A DNA stretch of 64,000 bases from Patescibacteria group bacterium (GCA_038323715.1 JBBQHF010000003.1:22489-86488); one strand, 5' to 3'; shown: positions 17,185 to 25,923, counted from the first letter of the stretch. Numbers and translations are program-made. The notes: generated by a model not told the origin, from the letters alone.

Positions 17185-18459
17185 CTAATTTATTGGAATC
17201 GCCGCCCAACTTGGGAGCGCAAAAAAATGAGCGGCCATAAAAATAAACTTCAACATAAAATAAGCTGGCGCAAAAAACCAAGGCCCTAAACTAGGAAAAA
17301 TAGCGGCGGGAATAATCGGAATAATTAAAGCGGCGAGCAAAAATGGAAATATCCAGATAACCGCCGGATTAGCAATAAAAGAAATAAGTGAAAACTGTTT
17401 AAAGTTGCTTAACATAATTGGCAAGACCGCTATTTGACAAGCAAGAGTTAAAGTAAATATTTCCCAAATAACTAAAAGCAACTTCCCCTTTGCGCCCGTG
17501 ATTTTCTTCTTTATTTTACGCGTTACCCCGCCAAATAAAGGATAAATATAAATGATTCCCAGCACGGCGGCAAAAGATAATTGAAAACCGACATCATCGC
17601 GCAATAATCTCGGATTAAAAATTAACATTAAAGCAGCCGAAAAAATGATTGCCCTCATAATTGAAGACAGGCGACCGTAATACAAAGCTAAAAACAACAG
17701 CCCGCCCATAATTGCCGAGCGGACTGCAGAAGCACTCAAACCAGTTACAAGCGGATAAATAAATAAAAATATAAATACTATTTTTAAAGCAAGCTGACGA
17801 CGCAAGCCAATAAATAAAGCAAAATTTAAAACCATGGCACTCATAATTGTAATATGCGAACCCGATATCGCAATTAAATGGCTAAGCCCGACGCGCGCAA
17901 ATAAATCAACATCTTCTCTAATTATCGTGCGCCGGTAACCAAGAAGTAAAGCGTCTGCCAGGCCCGCTTCCGGTTCCGGTAAAGCGCGGTCAATTGTTAA
18001 TTTAATTTTCCATTTTAATTTTAAAAGCTGTAAATAAAGTCTCTGTCCAAAAGTTAATTTACCGCCGACTCGTTCAATTTTTGGATAATACATCACCGAA
18101 TAAATATCATAGCGCGCTAAATAGCGATCGTAATCAAAACCATCAAACTCTCCAGGTGCTTGCAATAAACCGCTTACTTTTAAAAAATCGCCATAATTAT
18201 ATTCTGGATAAAGATTAGTGGTAATTAAAACACGGCCTGGGGTGCAAATCGTTAAGCGCCGACTTTTATAATCAACATCGGCTTCTTCGCAGACTTGACC
18301 CGAAAATTCTAACTTCTGACCGTTATAGTAAGCGACCTCGCCTTCTTGGGGCACATCTAAAAAAGCCCGCCTATCAAAACCGCGCCCAAAAATAAATAAA
18401 ATAAAAATTAGATTAATGACAAAAAATATCTTAGCGGGGCTGAAGTGCGTTTTAAACAT
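17185..18459 (-). CDS. comEC: ComEC/Rec2 family DNA-uptake channel protein (no C-terminal MBL domain)
   Basis: 424 aa polytopic protein; ...LLLGYRRTIIREDVDLFARVGLSHLIAISGSHITIM... is the competence-domain signature. Confidence 0.85.
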   Translation of the reverse strand: MFKTHFSPAKIFFVINLIFILFIFGRGFDRRAFLDVPQEGEVAYYNGQKLEFSGQVCEEADVDYKSRRLTICTPGRVLITTNLYPEYNYGDFLKVSGLLQAPGEFDGFDYDRYLARYDIYSVMYYPKIERVGGKLTFGQRLYLQLLKLKWKIKLTIDRALPEPEAGLADALLLGYRRTIIREDVDLFARVGLSHLIAISGSHITIMSAMVLNFALFIGLRRQLALKIVFIFLFIYPLVTGLSASAVRSAIMGGLLFLALYYGRLSSIMRAIIFSAALMLIFNPRLLRDDVGFQLSFAAVLGIIYIYPLFGGVTRKIKKKITGAKGKLLLVIWEIFTLTLACQIAVLPIMLSNFKQFSLISFIANPAVIWIFPFLLAALIIPIIPAAIFPSLGPWFFAPAYFMLKFIFMAAHFFALPSWAAIPIN

Positions 18460-18460
18460 A

Positions 18461-18488
18461 AAAATACCCTTATTTACAAGGGTATTTT
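18461..18488 (-). terminator. Terminator-like hairpin after prfB, abutting the comEC start codon
   Basis: The minus strand reads aaaataccctt/gtaaat/aagggtattttt and is followed immediately by the ATG at 18459. Confidence 0.5.
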
Positions 18489-18516
18489 AACTAACTATTT
18501 ATAAAGTAAAATTAAA

Positions 18517-19611
18517 TTATTTCTTTAAAAATCTTAAATAAGCTTCCATAAATAATTCTAAATCACCATCAAGTATCGCTTCAACATTAGAAGTTTCATA
18601 ATCACTGCGATGGTCCTTAACCAACTTATTTCCGTACATAAAATAAGAACGAATTTGTTTTCCCCATTCTGCCTTTTGAACATCACCTTTTAATTTTCTT
18701 TCTTCCGCTTCTCGTTCTTCTAAAAGACGCTGATTCAATTTAGCGCGTAAAATTTTAAAAGCATTTTCTTTATTTTGGTGTTGTGAGCGTTCGGTCTGAC
18801 AAGAAACCGTAATGCCAGTTGGTAAATGAACAATCCGCACGGCCGAGTCAGTTGTGTTTACACTTTGTCCGCCGGGACCGCTAGAGCGAAAAACATCAAT
18901 TCTAATTTCATCATCCTTAATCACCACTGCGCCCTCATCAGCAATTTCTGGAATAACTTCTACGAGCGCAAACGAAGTTTGACGAAGTCCATCAGCATTA
19001 AAAGGAGAATTCCTGAGTAAACGGTGAACGCCATTCTCACTTTTTAAATAACCATAAGCATATTGTCCAGCAACCCTAAAGTCCACACTTTTAATTCCCG
19101 CTTCATTACCATAATTTCTATCTAAAATTTCAGCCTTAAAATTTTGGCGTTCGCAGAAGCGAAAATACATTCTCTCCAACATCTGAGCCCAGTCCTGAGC
19201 GTCTACACCGCCCGTACCAGCATGAATAGATACAATCGCGTTAGATTTATCGTGTGGGCCTGAAAAGAGCGACAGAAACTCAGCTTGCGAAAATTTCTTT
19301 TCTAACTCTGTATATTTTTTTTCTAACTCTTCTGTTAAATCACCCTTGGCTTCTTGTTGAGCTAAAAGCGCCATTTCCTGAGCATCGTAAATTTCCCGCC
19401 CTAGCTCTTCCCAATATTTAACAGCGCCGGCCAACTCTTCGGCTTCCTGACTAATTTTGACAGCCTCCGTCTGATTATTCCAGAAATCAGGCGCGGACAT
19501 TTCTAAGCGCAGCGCCTTTTCCCGAATAATTTGAGCATCAATATTTAAAAGCGCCCTAATTTTTAAAAATCTGGCTTGTAGTTCTTTAAGTTTTTCCAAG
19601 AGAGTGTCCAT
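18517..19611 (-). CDS. prfB: Peptide chain release factor 2 (contiguous ORF, no programmed frameshift)
   Basis: 364 aa; SPF tripeptide (LLRNSPFNADG) and GGQ (SGPGGQSVNTTDSAVR). Confidence 0.93.
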   Translation of the reverse strand: MDTLLEKLKELQARFLKIRALLNIDAQIIREKALRLEMSAPDFWNNQTEAVKISQEAEELAGAVKYWEELGREIYDAQEMALLAQQEAKGDLTEELEKKYTELEKKFSQAEFLSLFSGPHDKSNAIVSIHAGTGGVDAQDWAQMLERMYFRFCERQNFKAEILDRNYGNEAGIKSVDFRVAGQYAYGYLKSENGVHRLLRNSPFNADGLRQTSFALVEVIPEIADEGAVVIKDDEIRIDVFRSSGPGGQSVNTTDSAVRIVHLPTGITVSCQTERSQHQNKENAFKILRAKLNQRLLEEREAEERKLKGDVQKAEWGKQIRSYFMYGNKLVKDHRSDYETSNVEAILDGDLELFMEAYLRFLKK

Positions 19612-19617
19612 ATATTG

Positions 19618-19645
19618 ATTATAACAAACAAGCGTTATAAAGCAA
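19618..19645 (-). promoter_or_regulatory. Promoter TTGCTT-N16-(TGt)TATAAT placed for a leaderless prfB mRNA
   Basis: -35 at 19645-19640 and -10 at 19623-19618. Only 6 nt (caatat) separate the -10 from the ATG at 19611. Confidence 0.5.
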
Positions 19646-19669
19646 AAAACCGATAAGAATCGGTTTTTT
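19644..19669 (-). terminator. Terminator of the rplM-rpsI operon
   Basis: aaaaaaccgat/aaga/atcggtttttt is symmetric, with A and T runs on both sides. Confidence 0.7.
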
Positions 19670-19698
19670 GAATATTTGAAATTTGTATTTTCTGATGT

Positions 19699-20199
19699 TT
19701 AACGTTTGCTCCATTGAGGGGCTTTTCTGGCTTTTCTCAAACCCGGTTTTTTTCTTTCAACTTGTCTAGGATCACGAGTCAAGAAACCATTAACCTTCAA
19801 AGCTTCTTTAGTATTAGGATCAATTGCAAACAGAGTACGCGCGATGCCTAATTTAACAGCATCAACTTGACCAAATTTACCACCACCACTAACGATAACT
19901 GAAAAATTATAATCACGATTATGGCCAGTAACTTTTAAAGGTTGAACAATAATATTAAAACCTTCACCTGGAAAATATTCAGCTGCCCGCTTGCCGTTAA
20001 TCATAATCACCCCTTTACCATTTTCGTATAAACGAACCTGAGCAGATGCTTGTTTACGACGTCCAACCGCTTTTGTATATTTACCAGAGAATTCAACTAC
20101 AGTTTCATTCTTAGCCCATTCTTTATCATCTTCAGTGATATCACTAACGACGGCTTCAAATTCGTCCTCCTTGATTTCTTTAATCTTTTTGTCTGCCAT
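19699..20199 (-). CDS. rpsI: 30S ribosomal protein S9 with ~35-aa acidic N-terminal extension
   Basis: ...KAVGRRKQASAQVRLYENGKG...; C-terminal KKPGLRKARKAPQWSKR. Confidence 0.93.
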   Translation of the reverse strand: MADKKIKEIKEDEFEAVVSDITEDDKEWAKNETVVEFSGKYTKAVGRRKQASAQVRLYENGKGVIMINGKRAAEYFPGEGFNIIVQPLKVTGHNRDYNFSVIVSGGGKFGQVDAVKLGIARTLFAIDPNTKEALKVNGFLTRDPRQVERKKPGLRKARKAPQWSKR

Positions 20200-20200
20200 A

Positions 20201-20557
20201 TTATTTTATTATTAATCTTTTGAGCATACCAACGCGTAATTTTGTTGGCGGAAGCATTTCCCTAACGGCGCGATATAAAATGTCACCAGGATTAAGTACA
20301 AAAATGGATGACATCTTTTTAGTTTTTAAACCACCGATATAACCAGAAAAATGATAATATTCTTTTTGTTCTAATTTCTTACCAGTAAATTTAAGCTTGG
20401 AGATATTTTTAACTTCAACAATATCACCCAAATCTAAATGAGGTTGATATTCAGGCTTATGTTTACCATGTAGAAGGTTAGCAATTTTAGAAGCTAAACG
20501 TCCGACAGTTTGACCTTCAGCGTCAAGTTGATGTATTTTTCTTTCAATATTTTTCAT
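20201..20557 (-). CDS. rplM: 50S ribosomal protein L13 (short, 118 aa)
   Basis: ...LDAEGQTVGRLASKIANLLHGKHKPEYQPHLDLGD... is the L13 signature; it precedes rpsI. Confidence 0.9.
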   Translation of the reverse strand: MKNIERKIHQLDAEGQTVGRLASKIANLLHGKHKPEYQPHLDLGDIVEVKNISKLKFTGKKLEQKEYYHFSGYIGGLKTKKMSSIFVLNPGDILYRAVREMLPPTKLRVGMLKRLIIK

Positions 20558-20561
20558 ATTT

Positions 20562-20912
20562 TTATACTAATTCAATCTGAACCATTTCGGCACCATCGCC
20601 TTGTCTAGTTCCTAACTTAACAACTCGAGTATATCCTCCTGGACGTTCTTTATAACGAACGCCTAAGACCTCAATTGTTTTCTTAATTGCATTCTTTTGT
20701 AATAAAATTTTAATAAGACCACGACGAGCAGTCAAATCTCCAGCTTTAGAAGAGGTAATCATTCTTTCTACAAGGGGGCGGACAGCTTGAGCTTTAGCTT
20801 TAGTTGTCTTTACTTTTTCATATAAAAGAATACTTGATGCTAAATTTCTTAGCATTAATTCACGCGGACTCTTCTCTCGGCCTAAAATTTTGTTTTTATT
20901 TCTATGACGCAT
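20562..20912 (-). CDS. rplQ: 50S ribosomal protein L17
   Basis: MRHRNKNKILGREKSPRELMLRNLA... from the ATG at 20912 (the track start at 20918 is TTG). Confidence 0.93.
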   Translation of the reverse strand: MRHRNKNKILGREKSPRELMLRNLASSILLYEKVKTTKAKAQAVRPLVERMITSSKAGDLTARRGLIKILLQKNAIKKTIEVLGVRYKERPGGYTRVVKLGTRQGDGAEMVQIELV

Positions 20913-20961
20913 AAACAATCACGATCAGCTTTCCGCTTAAAACGAAACAGCGTGCAAATTA

Positions 20962-21819
20962 TTATTTCTTGGATTTTTTAACTTTTTCTTTTTTTTCTTT
21001 CTTTGGGGCTTCTTCGGTTTCTTCTACAACTTCTTCAGCAACCTCAACTGCTGAGACCACTTCGTCTGCAATTTCTTCAGCTACTTCTTCAACTACCTCA
21101 ATTTCCTGAGCTGCTTCCATTTCTTTGCCAATATTTTCTGGCAAAAGAGCATTGAATTGATTGACTAATATTTTTACGGCCTCATTAAAAGCTTCTTCCG
21201 GAGTAACAGTGCCATCAGTTTTAACGTTAATCAATAATTTATCCCAGTTAGTCATTTTACCGACACGGGCATTATCAACTTGGATGCTAACGATGGTAAC
21301 GGGAGAAAAGATGGAATCAATTTCAATGAAACCGATTTCTTTATTTTCTTTCTTATTACCTTCAGACATCTTATAACCACGGCCACCTTTTACTAAAATT
21401 TCCATCTCCAAACTACCAGCCTCATCAGTTATATTTGCTAAAACAAAGTCGGGATTTTTGACTTCCACGTCACTATTTTTGGTTATATCACCGGCAGTCA
21501 CCGCTCTTTTACCTTTAACTTTTAATTCTAAGCGAATTTCTTCTTCAGTAAACACCTTGAATCTTACCTGTTTTAGATTTAAAATCATTTCCAAAACATC
21601 TTCCTTAACATGAGGCAAAGCCATAAATTCATGACTGGCTCCTTTGATTTTTACTCCAATAACCGCTGCACCTGGAAGAGATGACAACAGAACGCGGCGC
21701 AATGAATTGCCGAGAGTCATACCATAACCTGGAAACAAAGGTTCAATCGTAATAATTCCCTCATTGGAATCACCAACTGTTTTAAAATCAATTTTTTTAG
21801 GGTTAGCGATGTTTTGCAT
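20962..21819 (-). CDS. rpoA: RNA polymerase alpha subunit: N-terminal domain plus acidic/Lys tail, no recognisable alpha-CTD
   Basis: 285 aa; the alpha-NTD carries LGNSLRRVLLSSLPGAAV. The last ~58 aa are EMEAAQEIEVVEEVAEEIADEVV...EEAPKKEKKEKVKKSKK. Confidence 0.9.
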   Translation of the reverse strand: MQNIANPKKIDFKTVGDSNEGIITIEPLFPGYGMTLGNSLRRVLLSSLPGAAVIGVKIKGASHEFMALPHVKEDVLEMILNLKQVRFKVFTEEEIRLELKVKGKRAVTAGDITKNSDVEVKNPDFVLANITDEAGSLEMEILVKGGRGYKMSEGNKKENKEIGFIEIDSIFSPVTIVSIQVDNARVGKMTNWDKLLINVKTDGTVTPEEAFNEAVKILVNQFNALLPENIGKEMEAAQEIEVVEEVAEEIADEVVSAVEVAEEVVEETEEAPKKEKKEKVKKSKK

Positions 21820-21828
21820 ATTATTTTT

Positions 21829-22458
21829 TTATTTTGAATAATACTCAATAATCATTTGAACGTTGATACTCTGTGGGAGATCTTCGTCTTTTGGTTCATG
21901 TAGAACCTTAGCGGCCATTTCTGTATTGTTGAAATCAATCCAACTAGGTCTTTCCGCCTTTAATAACTTCTCACTGCTATTTCTGAAATATGGGGTGTTA
22001 CGGCTACTCTTTCTAATCTTAATAACTTGGCCCAATTTAACGCTGAAAGAAGCGATGTCAGTTTTTCTATCATTAACCGTAAAATGTCCATGATTGACTA
22101 ACTGTCTAGCTTGAGCGCGAGAGGTAGCAAATCCAGCCTTATAAACAAAGTTGTCTAAACGTGATTCTAATAATCTTAAGAAATTTTTACCAGCATCACC
22201 TTGTTTCTTGGCGGCCTTTTCAAAAGTTAAACGGAATTGCTTTTCTGCTAAACCATAATATCGCTTAGCCTTTTGCTTTTCAGTTAACTGAGTTCCGAAA
22301 TCGCTAGAACGTTTACGGCCCTTAGGACCATGGAAACCTGGAGCGTAGTTGCGTTTTACCATCGCACATTTAGGACCGAAACATCTTTCTCCCTTAAGAA
22401 AAAGTTTTTCGCCCGCACGACGGCATTGTTTGCATTTATTATCAATATTTCTTCCCAT
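21829..22458 (-). CDS. rpsD: 30S ribosomal protein S4
   Basis: 209 aa; CKQCRRAGEKLFLKGERC Zn-ribbon-like N-terminus and an S4 RNA-binding domain. Confidence 0.94.
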   Translation of the reverse strand: MGRNIDNKCKQCRRAGEKLFLKGERCFGPKCAMVKRNYAPGFHGPKGRKRSSDFGTQLTEKQKAKRYYGLAEKQFRLTFEKAAKKQGDAGKNFLRLLESRLDNFVYKAGFATSRAQARQLVNHGHFTVNDRKTDIASFSVKLGQVIKIRKSSRNTPYFRNSSEKLLKAERPSWIDFNNTEMAAKVLHEPKDEDLPQSINVQMIIEYYSK

Positions 22459-22473
22459 ATTATTTTAATTATT

Positions 22474-23055
22474 TTAAACTCTTCTTGGTTTCTTTGGACG
22501 GCAACCATTATGAGGAACCGGAGTTGTATCTTTAATTGAAGATACATCCAAACCATTAGCATTCAAAGCGCGAATAGCGGCTTCACGACCAGTACCAACA
22601 CCAGAAACAAAAACGCTAACTTCTTGCAATCCGTATTCTTCTTTAGCTTTTTGAGAGGCGATTTTGGTAATGATTTGAGCGGCATAAGGAGTCGCTTTTT
22701 TGGCACCCTTAAATCCAGCTAAACCAGCACTAGCCCAAGCAATAACATCACCATTATTATCAGTTAAGGTAATCATGGTATTGTTATAAGTAGCTTGAAT
22801 ATAAGCGCGACCAACTTTAACGATTCTGGCAACTTTTTTCTTTTTTTTCTTCACCAGTTTCTTTTTGGCTCTAGCGATTTTATTCTTTTCAAGCTTTTGC
22901 TTGATTTCTTCCGGCAGTTCTTCATCAGATGAATCAAAAGAGAAAGCGGCCATTTCGTCGCGTTCTTCTTTTTCTTCACTCTTTACCGGTTTTGACTCGG
23001 TTGGAGCTAAGACTTCATCTTTAGTTACTGCGTCTTTTTTTACTTCTTCAGACAT
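22474..23055 (-). CDS. rpsK: 30S ribosomal protein S11 with ~70-aa acidic N-terminal extension
   Basis: Core ...[30 protein letters not shown]...; 193 aa versus about 130 typical. Confidence 0.93.
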   Translation of the reverse strand: MSEEVKKDAVTKDEVLAPTESKPVKSEEKEERDEMAAFSFDSSDEELPEEIKQKLEKNKIARAKKKLVKKKKKKVARIVKVGRAYIQATYNNTMITLTDNNGDVIAWASAGLAGFKGAKKATPYAAQIITKIASQKAKEEYGLQEVSVFVSGVGTGREAAIRALNANGLDVSSIKDTTPVPHNGCRPKKPRRV

Positions 23056-23077
23056 ATTTTAAGCTCTTAGAATTTAA

Positions 23078-23473
23078 TTAGGTTTTCTGCAAGCCGGCCT
23101 TGCTCTTGCCACTAGCTGCAGTTACGCGCTTATTGCCTCTTACAGTACGGCTATTAGTCTTTGTTCTTTGACCTCTAACCGGTAAGTGCTTGGTATGTCT
23201 CAAGCCGCGGTAGCAGCCGATTTCTCTCAAGCGCTTGATATTGCTTTGGACCTCACGACGCAAATCACCTTCAACTGTAAACTTTTTTTCAATAATTTCT
23301 CTTAAAAGATTTACATCTACTTCTTTTAAGTCTTTAACTCTGATATCTTTATCAACTTTAGCGGTTTCTAGAATCTTAACCGATCTAGTTCTGCCAATTC
23401 CGAAGATATAAGTCAAAGCTATTTCTACTCTTTTGTCATTAGGGATGTTTACCCCTGCTATTCTTACTGCCAT
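23078..23473 (-). CDS. rpsM: 30S ribosomal protein S13
   Basis: [31 protein letters not shown]... is canonical. Confidence 0.95.
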   Translation of the reverse strand: MAVRIAGVNIPNDKRVEIALTYIFGIGRTRSVKILETAKVDKDIRVKDLKEVDVNLLREIIEKKFTVEGDLRREVQSNIKRLREIGCYRGLRHTKHLPVRGQRTKTNSRTVRGNKRVTAASGKSKAGLQKT

Positions 23474-23485
23474 AGATATTAAAAA

Positions 23486-23599
23486 TTAGCCCTGTCTTTG
23501 TTTATGTTTAGGGTTTTTGCAAATTACGTGGACCCGACCTTTGCGTCTCACTACTTTACAATCTTTGCAAATTTTCTTAGCACTAGCTCTCACTTTCAT
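23486..23599 (-). CDS. rpmJ: 50S ribosomal protein L36
   Basis: Not in the ORF track (37 aa). The minus strand translates to [37 protein letters not shown], lying between infA and rpsM. Confidence 0.93.
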   Translation of the reverse strand: MKVRASAKKICKDCKVVRRKGRVHVICKNPKHKQRQG

Positions 23600-23698
23600 A
23601 TGGTATTTAGATACTTTTCTATTAATTAAACTGCGAGGTTTACTTGATATTAAAGCAATTCTCTAACTTTTTTAAATTTTTAATACTTACCATTATTA

Positions 23699-23956
23699 TT
23701 ACATACGATAAGTAATTCGGCCCTTGGTTAAATCATACGGACTAATCTGGAGTTTAACCTTGTCCCCAGGCAATAATCTAATACGATTCATTCTCATCTT
23801 ACCCGAAAGATGGGCGAGAATTTCATGGCCGTTTTCTAGGACAACCCGAAAACTGGCGGCCGGCATTAATTCCAACACTTCGCCTTGCATTTCAATAAAA
23901 TCCTTGGCGTTCAGATTGCTGGAAGTCTCGTTGTTATTATCCATGTCTTTTGACAT
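23699..23956 (-). CDS. infA: Translation initiation factor IF-1
   Basis: ...[67 protein letters not shown] at 23956 is preferred; the track start at 23983 is TTG. Confidence 0.9.
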   Translation of the reverse strand: MSKDMDNNNETSSNLNAKDFIEMQGEVLELMPAASFRVVLENGHEILAHLSGKMRMNRIRLLPGDKVKLQISPYDLTKGRITYRM

Positions 23957-23969
23957 TAACACAAAAAAA

Positions 23970-23998
23970 TTTGATAAAGACAAGTTAGCCTTATCAAA
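23970..23998 (-). promoter_or_regulatory. AT-rich hairpin plus U7 in the infA 5' leader
   Basis: tttgataa (23970-23977) pairs with ttatcaaa (23991-23998). On the minus strand it is followed by ttttttt and then the ATG region. Confidence 0.3.
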
Positions 23999-24048
23999 GT
24001 TTTTTAAAAATATTTTTGCTTATTTAATATAATATTCTTAATAAAAAC

Positions 24049-24077
24049 ATTATAGATAGAACTTTCAATGTTGTCAA
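24049..24077 (-). promoter_or_regulatory. Perfect consensus promoter TTGACA-N17-TATAAT for the infA/alpha operon
   Basis: Minus strand: TTGACA at 24077-24072, spacer acattgaaagttctatc, TATAAT at 24054-24049. Confidence 0.75.
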
Positions 24078-24087
24078 TAGTTAAACT

Positions 24088-25923
24088 TTAATTTTCCAAG
24101 ACAGCCTTAATGCGTCTAACCCCCGCGCTTGAGGATTCTTCTTTCTGGATTTTGAATTTACCTAAAACTCCAGTATTTAAGACATGGGGACCACCGCAAA
24201 TTTCCTGAGAAAAGGCTTCTTTTATATTCGGAGTACCATCTTCCTCAAGCTTGCTAGCCGTATAAACCTTAACCTTTTCCCCATATTTAGAGTCAAAGAC
24301 TCCCATTGCGCCTCTAATTTTAGCAGCCTCTAAAGGCAACTCTTCGCAGGTAACTGGTAAATTAGCTTCAATTGCGCTATTGACTAAATCTTCAACTTGT
24401 TTTATTTGCTCCGGCGCCATTTTCTCGGCCTGAGAAAAATCAAATCTTAATCTTTCGGGGGTGATATTACTTCCCCTTTGAGTTACATGATCGCCTAAAA
24501 CTTTTCTTAACGCAGCTAAGAGCAAATGAGCGGCCGTATGAAGCTTGGTTGTTTCCTCGCCCGAATCGGCCAGTCCTCCTTTGAACTTTCCTGCCGAAGC
24601 CGTGCGGGATAAGTCTTGATGTTTTTTAAATTCTTCCTCAAACGACTTAATATCAACTTCCTGGCCATTCTCTTTAGCCATTTCAATCGTCATCTCTAAG
24701 GGGTATCCATAAGATTGAAACAAATTAAAAGCCACGCTCCCAGGAATAATTCCCGTAGTGCCGTTTTCAACCGTGGTCCATTTCATAAACTCTTTTTCTC
24801 CTTGGACTAAAGTTTTACTAAATTTTTCCTCCTCCTTATCTAAATTATCTAAAATAAAATGACGATTATTTTCTAATTCGTTGTAAGTATCTTTATAAAT
24901 ATCAATCACAATCACGGCAATATCTTTAACCCACAAATTCTGTTTAATTCCCAGTTGTCTGCCGTGGCGGATAGCACGACGAATTAAACGACGTAAAACA
25001 TAGCCCTGATCAGTATTAGAAGGCGTGATGCCTTTATTATCACCAATAATAAAGGTGGCCGCTTTAATATGGTCGGCGATAATACGCATCGCCCTAGTCG
25101 TCTTCTCATCTAAACCATATTTTTGCCCGCTAAGCTCTTCTATCTTTTGAATCAAGCCGATAAACAATTCGGTTTGATAATTATCATCTAGACCATTTAA
25201 AACAGCGAGGACTCTTTCCAAACCTAAACCAGTATCAACATTTTTTTGTTTTAGTGGTTCAAATTTCCCATCAGCGTTTTTATTATATTGCAAGAAGACG
25301 TCATTCCAAATTTCAACCCATGAATCATTATCATCATTAAAGCTCTTAGGAATCTGACTAACATCTCCAGTCCAATAAAACATTTCTGAATCAGGCCCAC
25401 AAGGACCAGTTATTCCCGCTGGTCCCCACCAATTATTTTTCTTTGGTAATTTTGCAATCCGCTCCACTGGCAAATTATTGGCAACAAAAATTTCTTGCCA
25501 AATACTATAGGCTTCTTCGTCATAAGGTGCATCTTCGTCTCCCTTAAATACTGAAACCGCTAAACGATTTTTATCTAAATTCAAATAATCAACAGATGTT
25601 AAAAAATCCCAGCTAAACTGGATTGCTTCACGCTTAAAATAATTTCCCAAAGACCAATTACCCATCATTTCAAAAAAAGTGTGATGAGTTTTATCGCCAA
25701 CCTCATCTATATCTCCAGTCCTAATACATTTTTGGGCATCAACTAACCTATTTCCAGCGGGATGTTTTTCACCCAAAAGATAAGGCACGAGCGGGTGCAT
25801 ACCAGCGGTCGTAAATAGAACCGAGGGGTCATTTTCCGGAATCAAGCTCGCGCCGGAAATAATGGCATGCCCCTGTTTATTAAAAAAATCTAAATATGTT
25901 TGTCGCAGCTGATTAGCATTCAT
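24088..25923 (-). CDS. alaS: Alanyl-tRNA synthetase, short form (catalytic, tRNA-recognition and editing domains; no C-Ala domain)
   Basis: 611 aa; N-terminus LRQTYLDFFNKQGHAIISGASLIPENDPSVLFTTAGM. Editing motifs HTAAHLL and CGGPHV lie near the C-terminus. Confidence 0.92.
   Translation of the reverse strand: MNANQLRQTYLDFFNKQGHAIISGASLIPENDPSVLFTTAGMHPLVPYLLGEKHPAGNRLVDAQKCIRTGDIDEVGDKTHHTFFEMMGNWSLGNYFKREAIQFSWDFLTSVDYLNLDKNRLAVSVFKGDEDAPYDEEAYSIWQEIFVANNLPVERIAKLPKKNNWWGPAGITGPCGPDSEMFYWTGDVSQIPKSFNDDNDSWVEIWNDVFLQYNKNADGKFEPLKQKNVDTGLGLERVLAVLNGLDDNYQTELFIGLIQKIEELSGQKYGLDEKTTRAMRIIADHIKAATFIIGDNKGITPSNTDQGYVLRRLIRRAIRHGRQLGIKQNLWVKDIAVIVIDIYKDTYNELENNRHFILDNLDKEEEKFSKTLVQGEKEFMKWTTVENGTTGIIPGSVAFNLFQSYGYPLEMTIEMAKENGQEVDIKSFEEEFKKHQDLSRTASAGKFKGGLADSGEETTKLHTAAHLLLAALRKVLGDHVTQRGSNITPERLRFDFSQAEKMAPEQIKQVEDLVNSAIEANLPVTCEELPLEAAKIRGAMGVFDSKYGEKVKVYTASKLEEDGTPNIKEAFSQEICGGPHVLNTGVLGKFKIQKEESSSAGVRRIKAVLEN

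Noticed and set aside
18517-19611. The expected programmed +1 frameshift site in prfB.
   Set aside because: The ORF is contiguous from the ATG at 19611, with a normal RF2 N-terminus. No early in-frame stop was seen.
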